Shown here in pieces: positions 17,972 through 27,813 of a DNA stretch of 64,000 bases (the stretch's first letter is position 1; each line of letters starts with the position of its first letter). A program made the translations under genes and the position numbers. A model generated the notes under the pieces. That model had not been told where the DNA came from. It searched no databases and saw only the letters and a program-made list of their open reading frames with translations. Where the stretch lies: positions 106,548 through 170,547 of the forward strand of contig DASZEQ010000029.1 in NCBI GenBank assembly GCA_035940695.1, in the 5' to 3' direction. The DNA is from Pyrinomonadaceae bacterium. Its GTDB lineage: Bacteria > Acidobacteriota > Blastocatellia > Pyrinomonadales > Pyrinomonadaceae.

Positions 17972-20272
17972 TTAGCGATTAGCCTTTTGTCTAGATTTCG
18001 ATCTGGTTTCCGGTCGCATGAGGCTGACCCGGCGCGTCCGCGTCGGCTTTCGCAAGGCGAGCAAATCGTTGTGCCGCCCGTTGACGATGTAGGCGAGACC
18101 CTGATGCGTGATGTTGAGGAGACGTGCGGCGCGCGTGATGCTCCCGCCCGCGCTGTCGAGGGCGAGCCGGATCAAATTGCGCTCGTAGGCGCGCACCTCT
18201 TCTTCGAGTGAACAACCCGTCCACGCCGCGCCGAAATTGGACTTGCTCGTCTGCCTGAGGGCGACCGTCTCCACCGCTTCCGCCGTGACGAGCGTTTCCT
18301 CCGAAGCCGTGATGAAGGTTCGCTCGATGAGAACACGCAACTCGCGCGCGTTGCCGCGCAGAGGCAGACGAGTCATCGCCTCCAGACTTTCGGGCGTAAA
18401 AGTAAGTTGCTTGTGGTAACGCTTCCGTGCTTCCGCGATAAAGTGCCGCGCGAGCGCGGGGATGTCTTCGGGTCGCTCCCTGAGCGGCAGGAGTTCAAGA
18501 TGAAAAGCGTTCAAGCGATAGAAAAGGTCTGCGCGGAAAAGACTGCGACTCACGCGCTGCCACAAGTCGTGATTGGTCGCCGCGATGATCCGCACATTAA
18601 CCCGCACCGGCAACGAACTGCCAATCGGGTAAATCTCCCCGTGATCAATCAGCCGCAGCAGTTTGGCTTGATGTGCCAGACTCAGTTCGCCGATCTCGTC
18701 GAGGAAGAGCGTCCCGCCCTCTGCTTCGAGCGCAGTGCCCGCATAATCTTCCGTCGCGTCGGTGAAACTTCCCTTCTTATGGCCGAACAGTTGGGACTCG
18801 ACGAGCGTGTCGCAGAGCGCGGCGCAGTTGAGCGCGACGAAACGACCGCTGCGACCGCTCCATTCGTGAATCAGACGCGCCATCACATCTTTTCCCGTCC
18901 CCGTCTCGCCGCTCAACAAAACCGAGCCTTCACCCAGCGCGATGGCTCTCGCCTCTTGCAACAAGCTCGCGGTCTTTTCAGAACCGTGGACGAACGTGCG
19001 TGTGCCGGACTCGACCGCCTTCTTGGCCTTTGCCTGCGGCATGATCAGATGACGGGCGCAAGCGCGCAGACGCGAGAGCAGTTCCGGTTGCTGTGTCTGT
19101 GAAAGCAATTCGTCGGCGCGCACGTAGATGGCTTGCAACTCTTCCGGCGCGTAATCATGCGTCAGTTCTTCGAAAATAGTGAGCAGGGCGCAGCCCGCGC
19201 CTTCCCGGTCGTTGAGTTGCTCGCTGATAGCGACCGCACGTTGGAACGCGTCGCGCGCCTGTGTGCGTCGCCCCAGACGAGTGAGGGCGATGCCCTGCGT
19301 GATCAAAGCTTCCGCCAGCAGGGCTTGCTCGTCGCCGCGCTCAAGTGTATGGACGGCGGCGCGGACGATTCGCTCGGCCTCGGAGTTGCAGCCCTGCGCG
19401 AGCAGTGCGCGGGCGCGCGTTTCGTCAACCTGCGCGGCGCGCACTCCGTCCTTCAAACGGATGAAGAGTCGGCGCGCGCGTTCGAGATGTTCGAAGGCTT
19501 CTTCAAAGCGGCCGGTACGGAAAAGGGAGAATCCCAGATTGTTTTCGACGCTGGCGAGATAATGCGTGTGTCCCGCCTGTTCCAGATGAAAACTCGCTGC
19601 CGTTAATTCGATTAAAGCATTGTCTATGTAATCCGGCCGCTTCTCCGCAACGCCGATGGATTCCCATGTTCCGGCCAGCGTGCTATGGAATTTGCCCTTT
19701 AGCGCGGGACTCTCGCATTCCCTGATGAGCGGCGCGGCGTCGAGCAAGATTGTGAGCGCGTCCCTGTGGCGCGCGGCCGAACGTTCGACTTCCGCGCGTC
19801 TCACCTGTGCAATACCTTTTAACTCAAGTTCGGAATCCGGCAGACCGTCCAACGCGTGCCGGAGCATCAGGCGCGCTTCGTCGTAGCTACCTTCGCGCCA
19901 GTAGCACCACGCCAACTCGATTTCCGCCTCCGACGCTCTGCCGGTCTCGCCGAGCGAGGCAAAGAGCGACCTGCTTTCGCTGATTAAATCTTTCGCGGCA
20001 TCCTGCGAACCTGCGACCTGATGCGCGCTGCCCAACCATCCACTTAACACCCCGGCGCGCAACAAAACCAAGGCCTGAGTCACCGCTTCAAAGCCTTCCA
20101 CATTGGGGCGCACGCCGATTCCCTGCCACAACGCGCCCAAGGCCTGTCGCGCGGTTTCATAGTTTCCGGCCTTTTCTAGTTCCTGCGCTAGCGTACAACG
20201 GAGTTGAGCCTGTGAGTCGGGAGTGCGCCCGATTTCGTCGATTTGGTGCAGCAGAGTTGTGGTTAAGTACAT
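17972..20272 (-). CDS. Sigma-54-dependent enhancer-binding protein with N-terminal TPR sensor region
   Basis: AAA+ core GETGTGKDVMARLIH, ESQLFGHKKGSFTDA (GAFTGA variant), GGTLFLDEIG, RELRVLIER, and a C-terminal Fis-type HTH (AARLLNITHQGLAYI). About 430 aa of TPR-like repeats replace a receiver domain. Confidence 0.88.
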   Translation of the reverse strand: MYLTTTLLHQIDEIGRTPDSQAQLRCTLAQELEKAGNYETARQALGALWQGIGVRPNVEGFEAVTQALVLLRAGVLSGWLGSAHQVAGSQDAAKDLISESRSLFASLGETGRASEAEIELAWCYWREGSYDEARLMLRHALDGLPDSELELKGIAQVRRAEVERSAARHRDALTILLDAAPLIRECESPALKGKFHSTLAGTWESIGVAEKRPDYIDNALIELTAASFHLEQAGHTHYLASVENNLGFSLFRTGRFEEAFEHLERARRLFIRLKDGVRAAQVDETRARALLAQGCNSEAERIVRAAVHTLERGDEQALLAEALITQGIALTRLGRRTQARDAFQRAVAISEQLNDREGAGCALLTIFEELTHDYAPEELQAIYVRADELLSQTQQPELLSRLRACARHLIMPQAKAKKAVESGTRTFVHGSEKTASLLQEARAIALGEGSVLLSGETGTGKDVMARLIHEWSGRSGRFVALNCAALCDTLVESQLFGHKKGSFTDATEDYAGTALEAEGGTLFLDEIGELSLAHQAKLLRLIDHGEIYPIGSSLPVRVNVRIIAATNHDLWQRVSRSLFRADLFYRLNAFHLELLPLRERPEDIPALARHFIAEARKRYHKQLTFTPESLEAMTRLPLRGNARELRVLIERTFITASEETLVTAEAVETVALRQTSKSNFGAAWTGCSLEEEVRAYERNLIRLALDSAGGSITRAARLLNITHQGLAYIVNGRHNDLLALRKPTRTRRVSLMRPETRSKSRQKANR

Positions 20273-20416
20273 GTGAGATTTAATCTTATGCCTCTTAGTA
20301 AGGTTTTTTGCAGGAACGCGAATTTTTTACTCGAAGGTGATATGATGCGCCCTCGACATTACAGAACAGCTTTAGCGTCATAAACGCGGGCAACATTTAA
20401 CCTCAGGAGAATCTCA

Positions 20417-20653
20417 ATGCCAACCGTACGTCGAATTTTCGCCATTGCTTTTTTAACAGCAGCATTCTCAACATTTGCGTTGGGCGATGATGGCTGGATC
20501 GGCACGGGCAACAAGCCACCCCAACCAGCGGCTCCCTCTCTGGCGTGTCATGAAACACCCAATCCAACCATCTGGGAAACTGGTGAGGAGTCCAGTTACT
20601 TTGATGAACTGTACGAAGCGACTTTATTATTTCTGCAAATGGCTTTGCTATAA
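20417..20653 (+). CDS. Small secreted hypothetical protein (78 aa)
   Basis: AGGAG Shine-Dalgarno 7 nt upstream of the ATG. Signal-peptide-like N-terminus (RRIFAIAFLTAAFSTFALG). Lies in a low-GC patch divergent from the EBP gene. Confidence 0.5.
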   Translation: MPTVRRIFAIAFLTAAFSTFALGDDGWIGTGNKPPQPAAPSLACHETPNPTIWETGEESSYFDELYEATLLFLQMALL

Positions 20654-20801
20654 CTTTAGCAACACCTGAATACTCTCAAGAATTGCATTTCCTCGCCCCG
20701 GCGTTTAGAGATTTACGCCCGCCCCCACGGGACGCCGGGAATTGCGAGACCGGCTAGGCTTCAAACAATTCACACCTTCCTGAGTTCGCGCTTTCGGGCG
20801 A

Positions 20802-20869
20802 GGCCAACTTTGTCGTGCGCAAAAAGACTTGCAAATCCTGCTTCGCGCCACGGCGAGTTGGCCTTTTTT
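20802..20869 (+). terminator. Intrinsic terminator (long hairpin plus T6)
   Basis: ggccaact...agttggcc outer stem with an inner cgtgcgc/gcgccacg pairing, followed by tttttt. About 150 nt past the small ORF stop. Confidence 0.7.
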
Positions 20870-20912
20870 GTCTCTGTCACAAAGCATCCTACTCTCATTT
20901 TTGCGTGAAAAG

Positions 20913-20927
20913 CAATAATTATTATGG
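20913..20927. promoter_or_regulatory. Fur-family-like 7-1-7 palindrome upstream of the SCO1 gene
   Basis: caATAATtATTATgg compared with the recalled Fur-type core GATAATnATTATC. Embedded between GTGAAAA/TTTTCAC inverted repeats. Confidence 0.4.
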
Positions 20928-21081
20928 CATTTTCACAGTCGCCGCCCGCAGCCGTCTGTGAAAATTATCGCCGCTTTTCGTCTGCGGCGTACGGTTGCTG
21001 GAAGACTTAATTTGAAGCGTGTTATACAAAGGATGTGTTACGCAAGAATTTTATTTTCATGTTATCCGCTGACGACCATCT

Positions 21082-21999
21082 ATGACCAACAAGACAACAG
21101 GTAAAAGCAGGAGCGCTTTACTGCTCGCGCTGTTTGCAGCCGCGTGCGCCTTTCTCGCCGGGTGCGGGGGCGCGCCCGACGACAGCCGGGCGCAGCGTTA
21201 CGAGTTGAAGGGCAAGATCGTCTCTTTCAATAAAGCGCAGCAACAGGTCGTCATTCAACACGAAGAAGTGCCCGGCTTCATGGATGCCATGACCATGCCC
21301 TTCACGCTCCGGGAAGACTCGGCCTTCGACGTGATGCGCGCAGGCGACCGGATACAGGCGACGCTCGTGGTGGACGACGAACGCACGCGTCTGGAAAATC
21401 CGACCATCACTCAGGCCACGCCCACTGTCGCCGCGACGGGGACGCCCACGGATGCTCCGACCGAACCTGAAATCGGCGCAACCGTTCCCGACGCCGCGCT
21501 CGTTAATCAGGACGGTAAATCAATCAAGTTGCAACAGTATCGCGGGCACGCGCTCGTCTTAACTTTCATTTACACACGTTGCCCCTTGCCTGATTACTGC
21601 ACCTTGATGAGTAATAACTTCGCCGAGATCAAGCGCGAGTTGGACAAGTCGCCGGAACTGCGCGGCGGGGGCGCGCACCTGCTCAGCATCACGCTCGACC
21701 CGGCCTACGACACCCCGCAAGTCTTACGCAGCTATGGTGCGGCGCACACGGAAAACTATCAGGGTGAAAAATTTGAAAATTGGGAATTGGCAACGGGCAA
21801 GCCCGCGGAGATTCGGCGCGTGGCAAATTTTTTCGGATTGCTCTACGCGCAGCAGGGTGAGGAGATCAACCACTCTCTGCGCACCGCCGTCATCGCGCCG
21901 GACGGCAAACTGTATAAACTCTATCGAGGGAACGAGTGGAAGCCCGCCGAGATTCTAAACGACCTGCGCACACTGAACGGCGCGCATCAACCTTCCTGA
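21082..21999 (+). CDS. SCO1/SenC-family copper chaperone fused to an N-terminal CusF-like copper-binding domain; lipoprotein
   Basis: Lipobox FLAGC. YELKGKIV...HEEVPGFMDAMTMPF (CusF-like Met/His motif). Thioredoxin-fold CPLPDYC of SCO1, and the HS...A motif. Confidence 0.85.
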   Translation: MTNKTTGKSRSALLLALFAAACAFLAGCGGAPDDSRAQRYELKGKIVSFNKAQQQVVIQHEEVPGFMDAMTMPFTLREDSAFDVMRAGDRIQATLVVDDERTRLENPTITQATPTVAATGTPTDAPTEPEIGATVPDAALVNQDGKSIKLQQYRGHALVLTFIYTRCPLPDYCTLMSNNFAEIKRELDKSPELRGGGAHLLSITLDPAYDTPQVLRSYGAAHTENYQGEKFENWELATGKPAEIRRVANFFGLLYAQQGEEINHSLRTAVIAPDGKLYKLYRGNEWKPAEILNDLRTLNGAHQPS

Positions 22000-22006
22000 A
22001 AAAGCC

Positions 22007-22037
22007 GGAAGCGGCGCGTTTACCACGCGCCGCTTCC
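22007..22037. terminator. Bidirectional terminator between convergent SCO1 and etfA
   Basis: 12-bp perfect stem ggaagcggcgcg/cgcgccgcttcc with a 7-nt loop. Confidence 0.75.
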
Positions 22038-22062
22038 ATAAAGATCAACACACAGTTTCCGA

Positions 22063-23043
22063 TTAGCCTTTGAGTTTTTTGATCTCTTCGGTCAAGACGG
22101 GAATCACCTCGAAGAGATCGCCGACGATGCCATAGTCGGCGATGTCGAAGATGGGGGCTTCCGGGTCTTTGTTGACGGCGACGATGGTGCTAGCGTTCTT
22201 CATGCCGACGAGATGCTGGATCGCGCCTGAGATGCCGAGCGCGATGTAAAGCTTGGGCGTGACGGTCTGCCCCGACGAACCGATCTGGCGGTCAATCGGC
22301 AGCCACCCGGCGTCGCAGATCGGGCGAGAGGCCGCGATCTCGCCGCCGAGCAGATCGGCCAACTGCTGCGCGAGCGCGATGTGCTCCTGCCCTTTGATGC
22401 CGCGCCCGATGGCGATAATGGTATCCGCCTTCGTCAGGTCTACGGCCTGCTTTACCTCTTGGAAAGGCTCTTCGGGCTGCATCCTCACTTCGCCCACTTC
22501 GACCGGCAGAGACTCGACTGCAACCGCCTGCGCGCCGCGCTCCGCTTGATCCGCGCGGTACGCGCCCGATTGGAACGTCGCGAACACGGGAGGCTCGCCG
22601 CTCGCCACTACGTCGGCGTCAATCTTTCCCTGAAAAATGCGCCGGGAGAAGGTCACCGCACCGTCCGACGCCGTAGCCCGCACGCAATCGCTGATTAAAT
22701 CCTTGCCGAAGCGTGCCGCCAGTTTCGGCGCGTAGTCGCGCACGAGATACGTGTGCGGCATGATGATGAACTGCGGGTCGAGCGCGCGCACGGCTTTTTC
22801 CATCGCGTCGGCGTAGCCGTCGGGCGTGTAGTCGGCCAACTTCGGATTTTCGACCGAGATGACCTTGTCGAGTTTGTAAGCTGCGACTTCACCGGCCAGT
22901 GTGGCGTCCGTGCCGAGCACGACGGCCGAGACCGGTTGGCCGAGCGACGCGCCGAGTTGTTGCGCGGCGGCCATCGCTTCGAAGGAGGTTTTGTTGAACG
23001 CACCGCCACGGTGCTCTGCGAAAACTATGATTCCGTTTGGCAT
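22063..23043 (-). CDS. etfA: Electron transfer flavoprotein alpha subunit
   Basis: ETF-alpha FAD-binding C-terminus ([25 protein letters not shown]). Confidence 0.92.
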   Translation of the reverse strand: MPNGIIVFAEHRGGAFNKTSFEAMAAAQQLGASLGQPVSAVVLGTDATLAGEVAAYKLDKVISVENPKLADYTPDGYADAMEKAVRALDPQFIIMPHTYLVRDYAPKLAARFGKDLISDCVRATASDGAVTFSRRIFQGKIDADVVASGEPPVFATFQSGAYRADQAERGAQAVAVESLPVEVGEVRMQPEEPFQEVKQAVDLTKADTIIAIGRGIKGQEHIALAQQLADLLGGEIAASRPICDAGWLPIDRQIGSSGQTVTPKLYIALGISGAIQHLVGMKNASTIVAVNKDPEAPIFDIADYGIVGDLFEVIPVLTEEIKKLKG

Positions 23044-23050
23044 ATAAATT

Positions 23051-23139
23051 TAGCTATTAGCTCTCAGCCGTCAGCTTTCAGCAAATTCAACTTTCAGCAA
23101 ACTCAACGCGTCTGGCTGATGGCCGAAAGCTGACGGCTC
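23051..23139. repeat. Heptamer-hairpin element, CAGCYNN/GCTGAYR family (etfB-etfA junction)
   Basis: Left arm tAGCTAT tAGCTCT cAGCCGT cAGCTTT cAGCAAA. Right arm gGCTGAT gGCCGAA aGCTGAC ggctc. agccgtcagctttc pairs with gaaagctgacggct. Confidence 0.85.
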
Positions 23140-23913
23140 TTAAAATATTCTGGCTTCGGTTCGTAATTTCTCCGCGAGTTGCGCTGCCCCGGCTTTGGCG
23201 TCGCCGTCGCCGAGAAACTGCGTCTGTTTGGTCTTTTGCGGAAAGTAAACTTTCGTGATTCGTTGATGCGCGGCCGCGCCCACGGCTTCCGCCGAAGGTG
23301 CGACCTCTTTAATCTCTTTCTTCTTGGCCGCCATGATGCCCTTCAGAGTCGCGTAGCGAATCTGGCTGATGCCGGATTGGATCGTGAGCAGCGCGGGGCG
23401 CGTCATCGCGTACCACTGATACCAGCCGCTCTCCAATTCCCGCTTCACACGCAACCCCTCGCCCGACGCGTCAACCTCGATCACGATGGTCGCGTGCGGC
23501 AGCCCCAGCAACTCCGCGAGGATCACGCCAGTCTGCGCGTAGCCGTTGTCGTCGGATTGCAAGCCGGTCAGGACGAGATCGGCCTGCTCGTCTTTGATGG
23601 CCTCGGACAAAACTCTGGCCGCCGCGTAAGGGCCGAGTTGAACCGTGTCGTCCGAGACGACGTGGATCGCGCGGTCAGCCCCGCGTGCGAGCGCGTCCTT
23701 AATGACGCTCTTGACGCGTTGCGGCCCGAGCGAGCAGACGACGACTTCGCCGCCGTGTTTCTCTTTCAGACGCAGAGCCTCTTCGAGCGCGTAGCCGTCC
23801 GACTCGTTGACTTCATAGGAGAGGTCGCCCTCCTCGATCCACGTCTCGCTTTTGTTGATCCGCAGGATCGCATCCTTGTTGGCGACCTGCTTCATAAGCA
23901 CAATAATTTTCAT
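23140..23913 (-). CDS. etfB: Electron transfer flavoprotein beta subunit
   Basis: ETF-beta family N-terminus MKIIVLMKQV and conserved core. Adjacent to etfA. Confidence 0.92.
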   Translation of the reverse strand: MKIIVLMKQVANKDAILRINKSETWIEEGDLSYEVNESDGYALEEALRLKEKHGGEVVVCSLGPQRVKSVIKDALARGADRAIHVVSDDTVQLGPYAAARVLSEAIKDEQADLVLTGLQSDDNGYAQTGVILAELLGLPHATIVIEVDASGEGLRVKRELESGWYQWYAMTRPALLTIQSGISQIRYATLKGIMAAKKKEIKEVAPSAEAVGAAAHQRITKVYFPQKTKQTQFLGDGDAKAGAAQLAEKLRTEARIF

Positions 23914-23918
23914 GATGA

Positions 23919-23995
23919 AGCTATCGGCCGTCAGCCATCAGCCGTCAGCAAAAAGCGTTAAAGCTGATTGCTGAAAGCTGATGGCTGACGGCTCT
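23919..23995. repeat. Heptamer-hairpin element, GCTGAYR family (fabF-etfB junction)
   Basis: agctatc ggccgtc agccatc agccgtc agc ... agctgat tgctgaa agctgat ggctgac ggct. gccgtcagccatcagc pairs with gctgatggctgacggc. Confidence 0.88.
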
Positions 23996-23998
23996 TTC

Positions 23999-25255
<1,257 letters not shown>

Positions 25256-25440
25256 ATTACTGCTCCTCCCTCCGAGGGATTGCTCGCGGCCGTCGCCCCG
25301 CCCGGTGCGCGCCAGAAAGGCGCGGGCACAGCGACGACTCTCAAGGTGACGGAAATTTCCTGCCGGAGTAAAACGGCGACCGGCGAGGCGCGCTTGGGAT
25401 GCCGCCGCGTGGCGGCAACGGCGACCCGGTCGCGCCCGTC

Positions 25441-25692
25441 TTACGCCTTGTTCAAATGCTGATCTATGTAGTTATAAGCGTCGCGCACGCTCTGAATTTT
25501 CTCGGCGTCCTCGTCGGGGATTTCGATACCGAACTCTTCTTCGAAACGCATGACGAGTTCGACGGTGTCGAGCGAGTCCGCACCCAGATCGTCTATGAAG
25601 CGGGCGTTCGGCGTCACCTCGTTTTCGTCCGCGCCGAGTTCGTCCACAATGATCTGTTTCACTTTATTCTCAATCTCTGCTTGATCGGGCAT
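25441..25692 (-). CDS. acpP: Acyl carrier protein
   Basis: [14 protein letters not shown] phosphopantetheine attachment motif; 83 aa. Confidence 0.95.
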   Translation of the reverse strand: MPDQAEIENKVKQIIVDELGADENEVTPNARFIDDLGADSLDTVELVMRFEEEFGIEIPDEDAEKIQSVRDAYNYIDQHLNKA

Positions 25693-25773
25693 CGTAGTTC
25701 TGCTCCTTCGGTCAATTAAAAAATAGAAAAACTTGGTCTTTGAGTTAGGGGCAAATTAAAACACGCCCGCACG

Positions 25774-26736
25774 TTAATTGCTACCACCCGCGGCCTGACT
25801 CTCCGTGAGCGCGGCGCGCGCGGCTTCAAGGCTCGCGGGGTCTGCCGCCCTCAGGCAGAGCGCATCCGGCACGATCTGTTTAACCAGACCGGACAGCACT
25901 TTGCCGGGGCCGACCTCGACAAAAGTTTTTACGTTTTTGCTCTCGATATAGTTAGCACAGAGCAGCCACTGCACGGGCGCGGTGACTTGTCTCAAGAGAT
26001 TCCCGCGCGCGTCCGCTCCCTTGTCGTATTCGGCCGCATCGACGTTGGCGACCAGCGGCACGCTCAAATCCGAAAACTCTATCTTCTCCAAATCTGCGGC
26101 CAGACGTTCCTGCGCCGGTTGCATCAGGGCGCAATGGAAAGGCGCGCTGACCGGCAACTTCGTGACGCGTTTCGCCCCTCTGGCTCTCAACAGTTCCATC
26201 GCGCGTTCGACCGCCGCCGTGTGCCCCGCGATGACGACCTGCTTCAGCGAGTTGATATTGGCCGGGCTGCACACTTCGCCCTCCTGCGCCGCCTCACGGC
26301 AAGCCTCTTCCACGACCTCTTCGCCCACGCCGAGAATCGCGGCCATCGCGCCGACGCCGACCGGCACGGCCTCTTGCATGTAACGGCCGCGCGCACGCAC
26401 CGTCCTGACCGCATCCGTGAGAGATAAAGACCCCGCTGCGACGAGAGCGGAATATTCGCCGAGGCTATGTCCGGCCACCAACTGCGGGCGCGGAAAGCCT
26501 TCCGCTTCCATTGCGCGCAAGGCCGCGATTGAAACGGTCAGGATCGCGGGCTGCGTGTTCTCCGTCAGACGCAATGTTTCGTCAGGCCCTTCAAAGCAGA
26601 GTTGCGAAAGCGAAAAGCCGAGCGCGTCGTCGGCCTCCGCGAAGACATCGCGCGCCGCCGGAAATCGCTCCGCCAGTTCACGCCCCATCCCGACGGATTG
26701 CGAGCCTTGTCCCGGAAAAATGTATGCGACGGTCAT
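25774..26736 (-). CDS. fabD: Malonyl-CoA:ACP transacylase
   Basis: FPGQGSQ and GHSLGEYSA motifs. Confidence 0.93.
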   Translation of the reverse strand: MTVAYIFPGQGSQSVGMGRELAERFPAARDVFAEADDALGFSLSQLCFEGPDETLRLTENTQPAILTVSIAALRAMEAEGFPRPQLVAGHSLGEYSALVAAGSLSLTDAVRTVRARGRYMQEAVPVGVGAMAAILGVGEEVVEEACREAAQEGEVCSPANINSLKQVVIAGHTAAVERAMELLRARGAKRVTKLPVSAPFHCALMQPAQERLAADLEKIEFSDLSVPLVANVDAAEYDKGADARGNLLRQVTAPVQWLLCANYIESKNVKTFVEVGPGKVLSGLVKQIVPDALCLRAADPASLEAARAALTESQAAGGSN

Positions 26737-26746
26737 TTGAAATCCG

Positions 26747-26812
26747 GTTGAAGGGAAAGGGTGAAGGAAAATCAGTCTTCCCTTCTTCCTCTTATACCCT
26801 TCTACCCCTGCT
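26747..26812. repeat. Heptamer-hairpin-like element, GAAGGGN family (fabH-fabD junction), imperfect
   Basis: Purine arm gaaggga aagggtg aaggaaa. Pyrimidine arm cttccct tcttcct cttatac ccttcta. Period 7 is visible but the pairing is imperfect. Confidence 0.5.
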
Positions 26813-26821
26813 CCTTAGAAC

Positions 26822-27811
26822 TTACCAGCGCATCAAGACCGCGCCCCAAGTGACGCCGCCGCCGAAGGAAGCGAGCAGCACGAGGTCGCCTTCGCTGACG
26901 CGTCCCTGCTCGACACACTCGTCGAGCGCAATCGGGATCGAGGCCGAAGAGGTGTTGCCGTGCATGGCGATATTGGAATAGACGATCCCTTCGTCAACTT
27001 TCAGGTTGTTCGCCACGGCGTCCGTGATGCGTTGATTGGCCTGATGCGGGATGAACAGTTTCACGTCCGAGCCTTTGTAGCCCGCCTCTTCCAGCACCTC
27101 GCGCGACACGTCGGCCATCGAACGCACGGCCACTTTGAACAACTCGTTGCCCTTCATGCGAAAGAAGTGCTGGCCGCTCGTCACGTTGTCGGCGGTGATG
27201 CCGAGGCGCGTGCCGCCGCCGGGCGCGTAGAGTTGTTCGGCGTAACGCCCGTCGGAGCGAATGCGCGTGCCGAGGATGCCGCGCTCGTCCGAGTCGGACG
27301 CGCCGACGAGAGCCGCCCCCGCGCCGTCGCCGAAGATAACGCACGTCGAACGATCCGTGTAGTCAACATAACGCGTTAAAACCTCCGCGCCGATGACGAG
27401 CGCGTAACGCGCCTGCCCGCCCCGGATCATCTGGTTGGCGAGCGTCAAACCGTAGAGGAAGCCGGAGCAGGCGGCGGCCAGATCGAAGGCGGCGGCGCGG
27501 TGCGCGCCGAGTTCGGTCTGGATCAAACAACCGGTCGAGGGGAGTATCTGGTCGGGCGTGACGGTGGCGCAGATGAGCAGGTCGATCTCGGACGGGTCGA
27601 TGCGCGCGCGCTCGATGGCCTGCCGCCCGGCGCGGACGGCGAACATCGAAGTGTACTCGCCCTCGGCGGCCTTGTGCCGCTCCTTGATGCCCGTGCGCGA
27701 AGTGATCCAGTCGTCCGACGTTTCGACCAACTTTTCGAGGTCGGCGTTCGTTAATACGCCTTCGGGGTAAGCGCGCCCCGTGCTCAAAATGCGGGCGTTC
27801 GTATTCGCCAT
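26822..27811 (-). CDS. fabH: 3-oxoacyl-ACP synthase III
   Basis: KAS III motifs (AACSGF active-site Cys, HQAN, GNTSSAS). Confidence 0.93.
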   Translation of the reverse strand: MANTNARILSTGRAYPEGVLTNADLEKLVETSDDWITSRTGIKERHKAAEGEYTSMFAVRAGRQAIERARIDPSEIDLLICATVTPDQILPSTGCLIQTELGAHRAAAFDLAAACSGFLYGLTLANQMIRGGQARYALVIGAEVLTRYVDYTDRSTCVIFGDGAGAALVGASDSDERGILGTRIRSDGRYAEQLYAPGGGTRLGITADNVTSGQHFFRMKGNELFKVAVRSMADVSREVLEEAGYKGSDVKLFIPHQANQRITDAVANNLKVDEGIVYSNIAMHGNTSSASIPIALDECVEQGRVSEGDLVLLASFGGGVTWGAVLMRW

Positions 27812-27813
27812 CT

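Noticed and set aside
20475-20887. Track ORFs 20475-20669(+) and 20705-20887(-).
   Set aside because: The first is an alternative frame of the Shine-Dalgarno-led 78-aa ORF. The second overlaps the terminator hairpin and has no ribosome-binding site or motif.
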